Of a stretch of DNA of 64,000 nt, positions 34,951-44,918 are shown one piece after another. The stretch's first letter is position 1. The number at the start of each line of letters is the position of its first letter. The stretch is from a virus: positions 32,001-96,000 of the IMG/VR virus record IMGVR_UViG_3300045012_000181, one strand, 5' to 3'. The notes under the pieces were generated by a model. That model worked only from the letters and a program-made list of their open reading frames with translations, was not told where the DNA came from and ran no database searches. The position numbers and the translations under genes are program-made.

Positions 34951-35351
34951 TGAATCCCACTCTTAAAGCCCAGCGGGATATCCTAGGCGAAATTGCCAGC
35001 GAGAAGGTCATGCTGGTTTGCGGCAAGCACAACTACACGGCTACTCGCAAGCGCGTCAACGGTACGGTTTGCGTTCCGCCCAATACTCGGGGTTGTAAAG
35101 AGTGCTGGAAGGTTTACTATTTTTCGGATTTGGCCCTAACACCGCCTAACAAACGCCAAGAGCGCCTAGACGAACTGGAAGAAGTAATCCACCATGCCGT
35201 GGAATATGAAACCAAGGGACAGTTCGGTAAGGACTTTGACCTATTCGAGCCCGGTGATTCCCGGTTTGGCGTGGAAGTCGAGAAAGATGCGGCCGACGAC
35301 CTCACGGGTGAGGATAAGGTCGCGAATAATAACGAGGAGAAATTGAACTAA
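34950..35351 (+). CDS. Hypothetical protein (Cys/His cluster)
   Basis: CGKH...C...CKEC. Confidence 0.65.
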   Translation: MNPTLKAQRDILGEIASEKVMLVCGKHNYTATRKRVNGTVCVPPNTRGCKECWKVYYFSDLALTPPNKRQERLDELEEVIHHAVEYETKGQFGKDFDLFEPGDSRFGVEVEKDAADDLTGEDKVANNNEEKLN

Positions 35352-35668
35352 TGGCAAACCTAAACCCTGGCAACCGTGATGGGCTGCCTGTAGCCGAGAA
35401 CCGGGCCCTTCTAGATATCGCAAATAAAGAGGGCTCATTTAACAACGAGAAGGACTTCCGTAATAAGTTGGAGGCCTTTCAGAACCGCTTTAGAGAAAGC
35501 AAGCCCTCCGTTGTGGATGTTAGTTCGGATGCCTCTAAGCTCTTTAGGGCTGACTTGGAGAGTATTCATGCCTTGGCCAGCCTTACGGTGGACCGTGAGG
35601 TTAGCCGTTTGTGTATGGCCATGCTCAGGTGCTTGCAGTATCTGGCACATCGTCAGAACATCGAGTAG
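35351..35668 (+). CDS. Hypothetical protein
   Basis: TAATG coupling. Confidence 0.65.
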   Translation: MANLNPGNRDGLPVAENRALLDIANKEGSFNNEKDFRNKLEAFQNRFRESKPSVVDVSSDASKLFRADLESIHALASLTVDREVSRLCMAMLRCLQYLAHRQNIE

Positions 35669-35671
35669 GCC

Positions 35672-36025
35672 ATGAGCACTATAGACCTCTTGCCAGATTG
35701 CCGTACCCGTGAGCCCAAAGTGGACTGGAATATAAGCAGTCCTGGTTGGGAATGGGAATTCCTCTTCTGTGGCTCCTGTGGCCGCGATGGCGGAAGGGTC
35801 CTAAAGACCTATTTGCCTAAGGAATTCGCCTACTACATTTGTGAAGACTGCCTTCAAAAGCATGGTCATGTTGTAGGCACCTGGGTCGAACCCGATGAGG
35901 TTTTCCGTCAGAAGGTTGTTCAGGCCATGCAAGAAGAGTACGGTCACACCCTGACCGAGTTGGAAATTCTGGATGAGTTGAAAGACCCCTCCAGCACCAT
36001 TAGTAAACTAGAAAAGGAAAAGTAA
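35672..36025 (+). CDS. Zn-finger-like hypothetical protein
   Basis: FCGSCG...ICEDC. Confidence 0.65.
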   Translation: MSTIDLLPDCRTREPKVDWNISSPGWEWEFLFCGSCGRDGGRVLKTYLPKEFAYYICEDCLQKHGHVVGTWVEPDEVFRQKVVQAMQEEYGHTLTELEILDELKDPSSTISKLEKEK

Positions 36026-36029
36026 AAAT

Positions 36030-36518
36030 ATGCCAATGGTATACACTAGCTCACTTGCCACTCCTGGCGTGAGCACAACGTCTGGTACGGGTAACACCGA
36101 AACAGACGCAATTTATCTGAAACCCGCTAGCGCTGTTCCGGCTCGTAACGTGGCCTTCCAAGCGGCCTACGTAATCGGACGTGCTAGCGCCCTCACCACG
36201 ATTAGTGGTATCGTGTTTCGTATCATGCGGGCCACTACGGCCTCTACGGCGGGAACGGCCACTACACCTTCCCCTAAAGATGCGGGCATGCAGGCCGCTA
36301 CCGCTGTGGCCTCCACAGGTGGGACGGCCTCTTCGACAGGTCGTACTAACCACGTCATTTTCGGTTGTGGTGCGGCCGGTCCAGGTGGATGGGTTGCGCC
36401 CAATCCTGATAGCGTCGTCATGGTTACCTCTGCGGCCACCCAGCCCTCCGTTGACCTATTGGCAGCTTCAGCGACGGCCTCATTGACCTATGAGTTCAGC
36501 GTCGAGCACGTCGAATAA
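36030..36518 (+). CDS. Putative virion protein
   Basis: AAGGA RBS; A/T/S-rich beta protein. Confidence 0.7.
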   Translation: MPMVYTSSLATPGVSTTSGTGNTETDAIYLKPASAVPARNVAFQAAYVIGRASALTTISGIVFRIMRATTASTAGTATTPSPKDAGMQAATAVASTGGTASSTGRTNHVIFGCGAAGPGGWVAPNPDSVVMVTSAATQPSVDLLAASATASLTYEFSVEHVE

Positions 36519-36521
36519 TAA

Positions 36522-36827
36522 ATGGCGTATACGGTCCAACTCGTATACGCAGTGCCCGGGGCCTTTTTGCCCCGGCAGTACTTCTTGCAATTAACGTGGA
36601 CGGACTCCGTTGACCCCAATGCGGCCAGTAATAATATATACCGCGCAACGGTCAGCGGAGGTCCGTACACCCTTATTGCCAATGTTCCTGACGGTATCCA
36701 GCTCTATAACGACTATGCCGTGACCCCAGAGGTCACCTATTTCTATGTTCTTACCGAAGTTAACAATGTTGGTGCCGAGAGTGCGCAGAGTTCTGAACAA
36801 TCTGGCACACCAGGATGGATTCCATAA
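36522..36827 (+). CDS. FN3-domain protein
   Basis: LTWTDS......NIYRA..SGGPY..IA.......YND..V....TYFYV.T.V...G.ES..S. Confidence 0.75.
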   Translation: MAYTVQLVYAVPGAFLPRQYFLQLTWTDSVDPNAASNNIYRATVSGGPYTLIANVPDGIQLYNDYAVTPEVTYFYVLTEVNNVGAESAQSSEQSGTPGWIP

Positions 36828-39452
36828 ATGAAACGTTTCACGCTTGTTATAGGGCTTTTGCTCTCTTTGGTACTACCGGCAACTGCACAGGTCCCAGACC
36901 CGTCAAAATGGGTTGTACTAAATCGTCTTGGCGATACAAGTAACAGTGAACTGGAATGCTATAAACCCTCTCAAATCACCACGGCCAGTAATGTTGCTAC
37001 TGTGGCTGTTATTAGCCAAAGTACACCAACCTGTCACGATACAAATATGGACGGTTCCACTCGCACCACGCAATCCACAAGTTGGACTAGTGGTGCGATG
37101 CAGTCTATTGGCACGTTTACTTTTGGGGACTTCCAATTTAATGCGCAGTTAAGCGGCGCTGGAACATGGCCGGGATTTCTGTGGTTGCTAGGTGCAAACT
37201 GCCAAGCCTCAAATATTCATAGTGCCGACAACATCGGCTCGTGTAACTGGCCCTTCGACACGTCCGATTCGGCGGAAATAGATATTGCAGAGGGCAAACC
37301 CGCTAATCTTGGCAACAACGCCGTGGGACAGAACATTTGCTCGGGAGCCCCGGCGTGCGGAACCTTCACGGGGCAGGCGACCGTAAATAGCTATGCCTCT
37401 GGTAATCACACCTACGAACTTATCTGGACATCCAGTTCCGTGACGTGGAAGGTGGATGGCGCTACGACGAACACCTATTCCGGGTCGAATATTCCACAGA
37501 ACGCAATGTTTATGATTGCCAATGTTGCGTTAGCGACTGCCGTTGGCGGCAGTCCACAGGCTGCGACTGCGAAACTAAACTGGGTGAAGGTCTGTTCCAC
37601 GGCCTGTGCTAATGGCACAACGGGCGCACCGGCTTCAAATGGCGTGTTCTTCGACAATTTCCCTCAGCTAACACCGCCCTCTTTGTTCTTTAGTGATTTA
37701 GATAGCGGTGTGAATAGCGGTGGCGAAAATGTGGGGGGTTTTGCAGGTTCGTACGTTACGCTTTATGGGAAGAATTTAGGGGTTTCGCAAGGCACTAGTA
37801 CAGTAACTTGGAATGGGCTAAACTGTCTTCGTGTTCTTCCGTCAACTGGGGCCTATACCGGTTGGGGCATGGCCCATCTTTGGTATCAAGAGCTCATCGT
37901 TCAAATAGGCTCCGGTTGCACCGCCGGCACCGGAAATTTCATTGTTACCACTCCTACCGGTACTTCAAATGCGGTGTCCTTTACCGTTCGTGCCGGCGGT
38001 CATATTTATTTCGTGGCGACCACAGGCAATGATTCCACAGGTACTGGTAGTATTGGCGCACCTTGGCTGACGCCGAAGAATGCCTTCAGTCATATGGGCG
38101 CGGGCGACACGACCTACTGGGAAGGCGGCGTCATCGTTTCGAGCGGAGGCAGCGTTTCTGCTATGGATTGGGGTGCTAGCGGCACGGCCGGCAACCCCGT
38201 AGCAATGGTCGCCTATCCAGGTGCGACGCCCCAACCGGGAGTGCAATGTACCGGTTGCACCAATGGTATCGCTGTTCGGTGCTCCGCCGGGTTCCCGTCC
38301 AGTTGCCAGTATTTCACGATGGCGGGACTATCAATCGCCGGAAACATCCAAGCATATTTCGACCAGTATAGCGGGAACAATGAACGCTTCGTCGGAAACT
38401 CCTATACCTGCACGGGCAGTCCTGGTCAGGTCGGTTGTGTCCAAATCAGTGTGCATACGAACGTCAAGTTGTTTGGAAACGAAATCTCGAACATCGTGGG
38501 CAGCGCGCGTCAATATCACTCGCTTTATTTCTCGACGGACGCGAATCACATGGAGGCCGGATGGAACAGCCTCCACAACAACAACACTTGCCGGGATATC
38601 GTGTTCCATTCTTCGCCATTGGGTTCCGGGGGACCGACCGATCCAACAGGGCACCAGCAATACGATCTCTCTGTTCACGACAATTTGATCCACGACAACA
38701 AATGCGATGGGATTGACTTCGCTAGCATCGATCCTTCGCAGGGAAAGGTCGAGGCTTACAACAATGTCATCTACAACGTTGGCAATGGCCCCGACCCGCC
38801 AGACGGAACCGGCAGTTACAGTGGTATCTATTTCGCGGATGCGTGTGAGGCTGGAAATGTTGGGTCAGGCGTAGCCGAAGTCTACAACAATACTTTCTAT
38901 AATGTGGGCGGGCAAACGAGTATAGGCTTCGATAGTGCCATCACGAAATACGGCAACGGGCCCGGAGCGGCCTGCGGTGGCGGGAACAGTGCCATTACCA
39001 TCAACGTCCGCAACAACATTATCCAGCAAACGAATGCCAACCAGGCCTATCTGGCGCAAGCCATAGCAGGAGGGCTGTCACAGATCCACGGCTCCAACAA
39101 CGTCTGGTTCGGCAACGGCACAGGCCCGACTGCGGGTGCAGGAACATTCACAAGCAACATAAACTCCAACCCGGGTTTTATTAGCACTTCTACACCGGAT
39201 TTTCATTTAGTCGTTGTAAGCAGTCCGGCCAATGCTGCCGGAGTTGCAGTTACTGCAGGAAACACCTATAATAGCTATCCCCCGTGGCAAGGCAATGTTG
39301 CCACGGATCATGACGGATTAGTCCGTCCAGCACCTCCGGCCATAGGCGCCTATGAGTTTTCGGCTGGCGTGGCCAGTACTTTAGCCCCGCCAACAAATTT
39401 ACATGTTGTTCCACAAGTTCAACCCGCATTTGGTTTGTGGTTCCTTTTCTAA
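36828..39452 (+). CDS. Signal-peptide-bearing multidomain protein: GH16-like + IPT/TIG + right-handed beta-helix
   Basis: Signal MKRFTLVIGLLLSLVLPATA; GH16 WPGF.W and EIDIAE; HTY...WT...V.W.VDG; YVTLYGKNLG (TIG); IYFVATTGND..G.GS..APW.T; many N-x-I-x-N repeats; C-terminal D.DG..RP....IGAYE. Confidence 0.8.
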   Translation: MKRFTLVIGLLLSLVLPATAQVPDPSKWVVLNRLGDTSNSELECYKPSQITTASNVATVAVISQSTPTCHDTNMDGSTRTTQSTSWTSGAMQSIGTFTFGDFQFNAQLSGAGTWPGFLWLLGANCQASNIHSADNIGSCNWPFDTSDSAEIDIAEGKPANLGNNAVGQNICSGAPACGTFTGQATVNSYASGNHTYELIWTSSSVTWKVDGATTNTYSGSNIPQNAMFMIANVALATAVGGSPQAATAKLNWVKVCSTACANGTTGAPASNGVFFDNFPQLTPPSLFFSDLDSGVNSGGENVGGFAGSYVTLYGKNLGVSQGTSTVTWNGLNCLRVLPSTGAYTGWGMAHLWYQELIVQIGSGCTAGTGNFIVTTPTGTSNAVSFTVRAGGHIYFVATTGNDSTGTGSIGAPWLTPKNAFSHMGAGDTTYWEGGVIVSSGGSVSAMDWGASGTAGNPVAMVAYPGATPQPGVQCTGCTNGIAVRCSAGFPSSCQYFTMAGLSIAGNIQAYFDQYSGNNERFVGNSYTCTGSPGQVGCVQISVHTNVKLFGNEISNIVGSARQYHSLYFSTDANHMEAGWNSLHNNNTCRDIVFHSSPLGSGGPTDPTGHQQYDLSVHDNLIHDNKCDGIDFASIDPSQGKVEAYNNVIYNVGNGPDPPDGTGSYSGIYFADACEAGNVGSGVAEVYNNTFYNVGGQTSIGFDSAITKYGNGPGAACGGGNSAITINVRNNIIQQTNANQAYLAQAIAGGLSQIHGSNNVWFGNGTGPTAGAGTFTSNINSNPGFISTSTPDFHLVVVSSPANAAGVAVTAGNTYNSYPPWQGNVATDHDGLVRPAPPAIGAYEFSAGVASTLAPPTNLHVVPQVQPAFGLWFLF

Positions 39453-40196
39453 ATGGCTGCTCCAACAATACAGCAACATAAGGCTAATTTTACTAGTACA
39501 ACTACGTCAACGAGTATTACCCTTACTAGTAACATAACCGCTGGTAACATGATTCTGTGTTGGATTGGAGCCGCTTCTGCGGCAGCGGGCAGCGGGCAGG
39601 TTATTGTAGGCACTCCAACAATGACCGGTGAAACCTTTGTAAAGGTGACCGGGGCATCCAATGCCGGAACTTCGGGCCATGGTCAAGTAGCCTGTTACGC
39701 CGTCAATAGCGCAAACGGTGGACACAATGTTGTCAACGTCTCTACTAGCGGCGCGGGTGGTGCCAACGATGTCCACATTCATGTTCAGGAAATAACCGGG
39801 CAAATTGCCTCTCCTCAGGATGCCACAGGCAATACGGAATCAACTACGATTTCGGTTAGTACATCCGGCAGCACTTCAACAGCCAATGACTTAATCATTG
39901 CGTTCTTTTATGATGACATCAACAATCGCACGTATGTGGCAGAGAGCAGTCCTCTTGTTTATGCCCAAATCGATCAAACCAATAACGTAAGTGGTGGCGA
40001 TGCGGCGTTCTCGGAATCGCTAACAGTTTCCTCCACGGGCATCAAAACAGCCACGGCTACCGGCACCTCTGGTGATACCATTGAGCAAGGCATCATTGCA
40101 ATAGCCGGAACCGCCAGTGCAAACTTAACTTTTGAAGACGACAGCTACAACACAAATTTGGCTTGGCCTGTCGAACCACAAATCAGCGTTTGGTAG
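39453..40196 (+). CDS. Putative virion surface protein (S/T-rich)
   Basis: Beta-rich; AGNMIL motif; resembles the C-terminal module of 58344-60920. Confidence 0.7.
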   Translation: MAAPTIQQHKANFTSTTTSTSITLTSNITAGNMILCWIGAASAAAGSGQVIVGTPTMTGETFVKVTGASNAGTSGHGQVACYAVNSANGGHNVVNVSTSGAGGANDVHIHVQEITGQIASPQDATGNTESTTISVSTSGSTSTANDLIIAFFYDDINNRTYVAESSPLVYAQIDQTNNVSGGDAAFSESLTVSSTGIKTATATGTSGDTIEQGIIAIAGTASANLTFEDDSYNTNLAWPVEPQISVW

Positions 40197-40199
40197 AAA

Positions 40200-41687
40200 A
40201 TGCTACGATACTTTTGGCCCAGTGACGATGAGCAGCTAGCCGGTCAATGGCAAGATAGCCATTTCGACGAGGATGCCGGTTGGTGGGTAAGTATTCAACA
40301 GGCCGGCGCTGTAGTAGCCTTGGCTGTCGGGCTAAGTATAGTCTCCACCAACACGCTGGCAGCCCAGCAGGTTTTTAGCCAGTCTCAAGACGATCCCGTT
40401 ACTTTCTTTTCCAATGTTATTCCTATACAGGAAGAATACTGGCAGAATCCCGTACCGCCATTCAACTGGCCCCAAACTGCTGTCATAACAGATGACGATG
40501 TTCATCCCACGTATGCCCCGGTTTATCAACCGGATGAGGATCGTTGGGACCCCCAGATTCCGTCTGTCCCGGCAAGCAATTTTGTTCAGCTGCCTTTTGT
40601 TGATAGCGAAAACACGCCGACTTTCGTTGCGGCCGTTCCTGTCACTGACGAACAAAGTCCTTGGGTCCCGCAACCACCGCCTTACGATACACCCTGGACG
40701 CTCATGTTGTTCTTGGACGACGGCAGCACCGTGCCGGTCTTCCAATATGATGAGGATTTCTGGGCCAATCCCGTTTCGCCTCAAAACTGGCCTCAGCCTC
40801 AACAGCCTTTTTCAGCCTCTGACGAGGATACACAAGTAATCCAGTTCGTGGCCGGTGAGGATCCAATTTGGCTACAATTGGTCCAACCTCTTCAGGCCAT
40901 CTTGAACTGGCCTCAACAGTGGCCTTTCGAACAGAACGAATCCACTAATCTTATTGCGTTCACGTCCGAGGATTCTTGGCAGAACCCCACTCCGCCAGTT
41001 CCTGCTAGCATATATCGTGTAGACCAGTGGGCTTTCGAACAAACTGACGCCACTGGTGCCTTATATTTGGATTTGGATGAAGGCCTGTCAGGCCCTCTTC
41101 CGGCCCCGGTTCCGGCCAGTTTGGCCCTGCTACAACAGTGGCCTTTCGAAATGCACGAACCGGCTTTCTTCCTCACGGTCATTCATGAGGAGGATTTGTG
41201 GGCCAACCCTGTAGCGCCTGTAGCCAGCTATCCCGTTCCGGCTATCTATGGTTATATTCAGGCCGGGGATTTTGATGAGATAATTGGCCCCTTTCCCACA
41301 TCCACTTTGGATGAATTGTATGCCAGCGGGCAGTTTATGGCCCCAACGGTTGCACCAGTTATAGACCGTAACTTTCTGCTATTACCTTATGAACCCGAAC
41401 CCGAGGAAATACCGGCCGGCAGTTTGGTGCCCTTCATACCACCTCCGCCGCCTTTCTGTCCTTTGCCGCCAGCTGGTCCGGATGCCGATATTAGTATCAG
41501 CACCTTTTCGAATTTTAAGGGCGGTCCCGTTCTGGCGCTATTCTGTCGAATCTGTATGAGCAAGAATCCCCTCGTGGTCCGCGGGGATTATGCCATCTGG
41601 TGTCAGGATTGTTGTGCCTTTGTTTCAAAGCAGGATACCTACATGGGCACTACACAGGCCCCGGGGCAGTTTAAGGCGAGGTTCTAG
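40200..41687 (+). CDS. Acidic Pro/Trp/Gln-rich repeat protein with C-terminal Zn finger
   Basis: Repeated EDxW(x)NP / QQWPFE units; C-terminal CRIC...CQDC. Confidence 0.75.
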   Translation: MLRYFWPSDDEQLAGQWQDSHFDEDAGWWVSIQQAGAVVALAVGLSIVSTNTLAAQQVFSQSQDDPVTFFSNVIPIQEEYWQNPVPPFNWPQTAVITDDDVHPTYAPVYQPDEDRWDPQIPSVPASNFVQLPFVDSENTPTFVAAVPVTDEQSPWVPQPPPYDTPWTLMLFLDDGSTVPVFQYDEDFWANPVSPQNWPQPQQPFSASDEDTQVIQFVAGEDPIWLQLVQPLQAILNWPQQWPFEQNESTNLIAFTSEDSWQNPTPPVPASIYRVDQWAFEQTDATGALYLDLDEGLSGPLPAPVPASLALLQQWPFEMHEPAFFLTVIHEEDLWANPVAPVASYPVPAIYGYIQAGDFDEIIGPFPTSTLDELYASGQFMAPTVAPVIDRNFLLLPYEPEPEEIPAGSLVPFIPPPPPFCPLPPAGPDADISISTFSNFKGGPVLALFCRICMSKNPLVVRGDYAIWCQDCCAFVSKQDTYMGTTQAPGQFKARF

Positions 41688-41688
41688 A

Positions 41689-42051
41689 ATGCAAGTTGCG
41701 GATTCTGCGGTAAATTTGACGGGCCAAACCACTTCAATACCCGTCACACAGGCCTTTGCCAATCCCGTTTGTTCGGGTATGTATGCCGTTTGGGTCGATG
41801 TCATGGTTACTTCCCCCGGGACGGCTGGCACAGTGGTGGTTACGGTGGAATGGTCTAATGGGCAGGCCGCCGTTGGGGCTAGCACCGTTAGTAGTGCGCC
41901 TGTAAGTTTGGCCAGTATAGGCGAAACGGGGCTCTTATTGGGTTGTTTTTGGGCTGTGGCCAATGAACCCATCAGTTATAGCACCACCGTAACGGGCTCA
42001 ACGGGCAATCCCGTCTATGTGCTCAGGTTGCGTTTCGAGTTCTTGGGCTAA
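41689..42051 (+). CDS. Hypothetical beta-rich protein
   Basis: ATG 1 nt after the previous stop; S/T/V-rich. Confidence 0.65.
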   Translation: MQVADSAVNLTGQTTSIPVTQAFANPVCSGMYAVWVDVMVTSPGTAGTVVVTVEWSNGQAAVGASTVSSAPVSLASIGETGLLLGCFWAVANEPISYSTTVTGSTGNPVYVLRLRFEFLG

Positions 42052-42178
42052 TGAATATCGCCGTCATGGAATTTGCTTTTAATCCCGGCAGTCCGCCGCC
42101 TCCAGGGCAGCCCATTGTGACGGCCGGCGGAAATTTTTTGAATGGTCTGCAACACTTGGAAAGACCCCTTAAACATCT

Positions 42179-42394
42179 ATGCTTGCTCATGTTCTTGAAT
42201 ATGCCGCTGGTCTTACGTTGGCTCTTTACATAGGTGTTGGGCTCTTGAATAGGTTAGTTGTGGAGCTCACCCGGGCCCGTTTGATTACAGTGCCGCTTAT
42301 TATTTGCAGTAATTGTGCTATTACCACGGCCTCCTGGTTGCATCCCCGGTGCGGTGGCGCGTTGTGTCCTAGGTGTTCAATTTGGAAATGGTAG
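42179..42394 (+). CDS. Small membrane/Zn-finger protein (alternative frame 42051-42233)
   Basis: TM helix plus CxxC...C; the frame choice is uncertain. Confidence 0.35.
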   Translation: MLAHVLEYAAGLTLALYIGVGLLNRLVVELTRARLITVPLIICSNCAITTASWLHPRCGGALCPRCSIWKW

Positions 42395-42406
42395 AGGGTT
42401 AGTAAA

Positions 42407-44308
42407 ATTTCAGACCAATTCATCCAAGTTCCACCGCAATCAACGGGCCTCAAAATAGACTGCACCGAGTTGGTCGTCGGGGCTAACACCGTGGAACGCG
42501 AGCGGCAAAACATCGCCGACCCCTCGAATGCCGCAGGTCTGGCCGGAGTCGTGAATTCCGCGCCCGGTGGCAGCACTTATGGCCTCGTAACATGGAACCA
42601 GCCCAGTGGTACACAGGCCGTTTCCGGTAGTATAACGGCCACACAGGCCACGGGTTCAAATTTGCACGTTGTTGTGGACACCGCGCCCACTACCACGGTT
42701 ACGGGAACGGTTGGGGCCACGCAGAGCACGAGCCCTTGGGTAGACAACCTTACACAGGTTGCGGGCACGGCCCTAGGCGCCACGGCTGTCGTGAATTATG
42801 GTTCAACACCGGCTGCGGTTGTGGTGCCGGCTGTAAATGCCTTCGTCACGAATACCGTTCCGGTTACAGGGACCTTTTTTCAGGGCACGCAACCCGTCTC
42901 TGGAACCGTAACCGCCAACCAAGGCACGGCCAACAGTTTGGCCAATGCCTGGCCCACGGAACTTACGGATGGCACCAATGGTCCAGCTGCCGTTAAGGCC
43001 GCCAGTACTGCGGCCGTTGTTGCAGACAAGGCCCTTGTAGTAGCCGTTAGCCCCAATAATAGCGTGGCCGTAACGGGCACATTTTTTCAAGGCACCCAGC
43101 CCGTTAGTGGTACGGTCACGGCCAATCAGGGCACGGCCAATACCGCAGCCAATAGTTGGCAAGTTGAAGTCACAGACGGCACCAACGTTCTGGGCGTCTC
43201 AGCGCATCCACTTCGCGTGGACCCCACGGGCACCACCACGCAGCCCGTTTCAGGCACAGTTACAGTAGGCAATGCCAGTCTGGCCGTTACACAAAGTACA
43301 AGTCCGTGGGTTGATAATATCACCCAGGTGGCCAGTACTGCACTGGGCGTACCGCAGACCTTTGGGACGGCGCCGACGGGCGTAGTAATCGGGACCAGTT
43401 CGGACATGTATATCGCGGGTACGAGGGCCCGCTCAAATCAAACCACGACGGCGGCCGGTGTTCAGGATGTAAACCTTGTGGGCACACTGGGCGTAACCAA
43501 CTCCGTGACTAATGGCTCCTTCATGGCCATCACGGACAACACCACCAAGGCCGGCGTCATAGCCGCTACGACGGCCCTCAAGACCGATTTGAGTTCCGTG
43601 GCTGGTACGGCCACCAGTACGGCCGCTTCGGGCGTGCAAAAAGTCGGCATCACTGGAAACGCCAACGCCACTTTAGATAGCACAATCGGGGCGGCCACAG
43701 CACCGACGAATGCCTTGGCCACGTCAGCGGTATATCAGACCACGGTTCCGGCCCTTACGGCTGGACAAGCTGTAGCTGTACAAGCCGACTCCACTGGTAG
43801 CACCTTCGTTAACATAGAAGGGCGTCGAGCAACTTATGCCTCGGGAAATTCCGGTCTAACATCGGTAGCGGGCGTTGGTGCTTTTCTTCAGGGTTCCTCA
43901 ACCAAAACAGTTCGAATTGTCAAGGTGGGTCTTAACTATATTGCCACGAGCACCACGCTGGCCTATCATACCATAAAGTTAAATCGTTACAGTGCACTAT
44001 CAGGTGGCACAAACGTAGCGGACACCATTACAAAATTGGACACAAACAACGGTACGGCCACCGCAGTTTGCGACCATGTAACGGCCGTAAACACAACTCA
44101 AACTCTAGTGGGGACTGCAGTTTTAGACCAAGGTCTTGCACTTTCCACGACGGTAGTGGCCACTTGTCCAGTCTACAGTAAGGAATGGACGTTCGGCGGC
44201 TTGCCAGCCCAGGCTTTTGTTCTGAGGGGAACCACGGATTTTCTTGGAGTTTTGTTTGATGCCGCAACCCTAACCTATGGGTATTGGATAGAATGGACGG
44301 AAGAGTAA
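42407..44308 (+). CDS. Thr/Ala/Val-rich fibre-like protein with internal repeats; proposed ATT start
   Basis: In-frame extension SDQFIQVPPQSTGLKIDCTELVVG upstream of the called TTG. Repeats VTGTFFQGTQPVSGTVTANQGTAN (x2) and TQSTSPWVDN.TQVA.TALG (x2). Confidence 0.75.
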   Translation: MSDQFIQVPPQSTGLKIDCTELVVGANTVERERQNIADPSNAAGLAGVVNSAPGGSTYGLVTWNQPSGTQAVSGSITATQATGSNLHVVVDTAPTTTVTGTVGATQSTSPWVDNLTQVAGTALGATAVVNYGSTPAAVVVPAVNAFVTNTVPVTGTFFQGTQPVSGTVTANQGTANSLANAWPTELTDGTNGPAAVKAASTAAVVADKALVVAVSPNNSVAVTGTFFQGTQPVSGTVTANQGTANTAANSWQVEVTDGTNVLGVSAHPLRVDPTGTTTQPVSGTVTVGNASLAVTQSTSPWVDNITQVASTALGVPQTFGTAPTGVVIGTSSDMYIAGTRARSNQTTTAAGVQDVNLVGTLGVTNSVTNGSFMAITDNTTKAGVIAATTALKTDLSSVAGTATSTAASGVQKVGITGNANATLDSTIGAATAPTNALATSAVYQTTVPALTAGQAVAVQADSTGSTFVNIEGRRATYASGNSGLTSVAGVGAFLQGSSTKTVRIVKVGLNYIATSTTLAYHTIKLNRYSALSGGTNVADTITKLDTNNGTATAVCDHVTAVNTTQTLVGTAVLDQGLALSTTVVATCPVYSKEWTFGGLPAQAFVLRGTTDFLGVLFDAATLTYGYWIEWTEE

Positions 44309-44309
44309 A

Positions 44310-44612
44310 ATGGCTCTTAAAACCTATATAGGCTTTCTGGGACAGGTGAAGGGTGACGGTGTTTCTACCACTTGCTCTGTTAATTTGCTTACAGACCCTG
44401 TTGGCTATCAGTTGCCCAGCAGTGGTGTGGCGCTGCCTTTTACAATAACAGCCACAATCTTGCCTACAACTATTACCGATCCATTCTCCTCGGATGGACA
44501 AACACCCACCATGGCTTTTGGGCTCACGCACAATATTGTAAATGTAACCTGGCCCTTAGCACCTGGTAATGGGGCCTTTTTGAGCTTTGGTGGAAATCTC
44601 TATTTTTCTTAG
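44310..44612 (+). CDS. Hypothetical protein, paralog of 44624-44908
   Basis: MALKTYIGFLGQVKGDGVST...DP vs MAIKTEFNITGNVQGDNVST...DP. Confidence 0.7.
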   Translation: MALKTYIGFLGQVKGDGVSTTCSVNLLTDPVGYQLPSSGVALPFTITATILPTTITDPFSSDGQTPTMAFGLTHNIVNVTWPLAPGNGAFLSFGGNLYFS

Positions 44613-44623
44613 AAGGAGTTTTA

Positions 44624-44908
44624 GTGGCGATTAAAACGGAATTTAACATTACTGGGAATGTGCAAGGAGACAATGTCTCAACGGTGTTTGTTCTCGACCT
44701 AGAGCGGGATCCATACACTATTGCGATAGGTACTCCAGTTATTAACTGGTTCGCCGTGGATGGAAAGTCCACCAAGGCATCGGGAATTGTAGGGTTAGAT
44801 GGAAATTCTTACAGTCTGCTGGATACTAAGGTTACTATAACCTTTCCTACTGCACCCGCCAATACGCCTACTAGTGCTGGTTTTACCTTTTTCTTACTTT
44901 TTGATTAA
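44624..44908 (+). CDS. Hypothetical protein, paralog of 44310-44612
   Basis: AAGGAG RBS, GTG start. Confidence 0.7.
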   Translation: MAIKTEFNITGNVQGDNVSTVFVLDLERDPYTIAIGTPVINWFAVDGKSTKASGIVGLDGNSYSLLDTKVTITFPTAPANTPTSAGFTFFLLFD

Positions 44909-44918
44909 AGGGGGTCCT

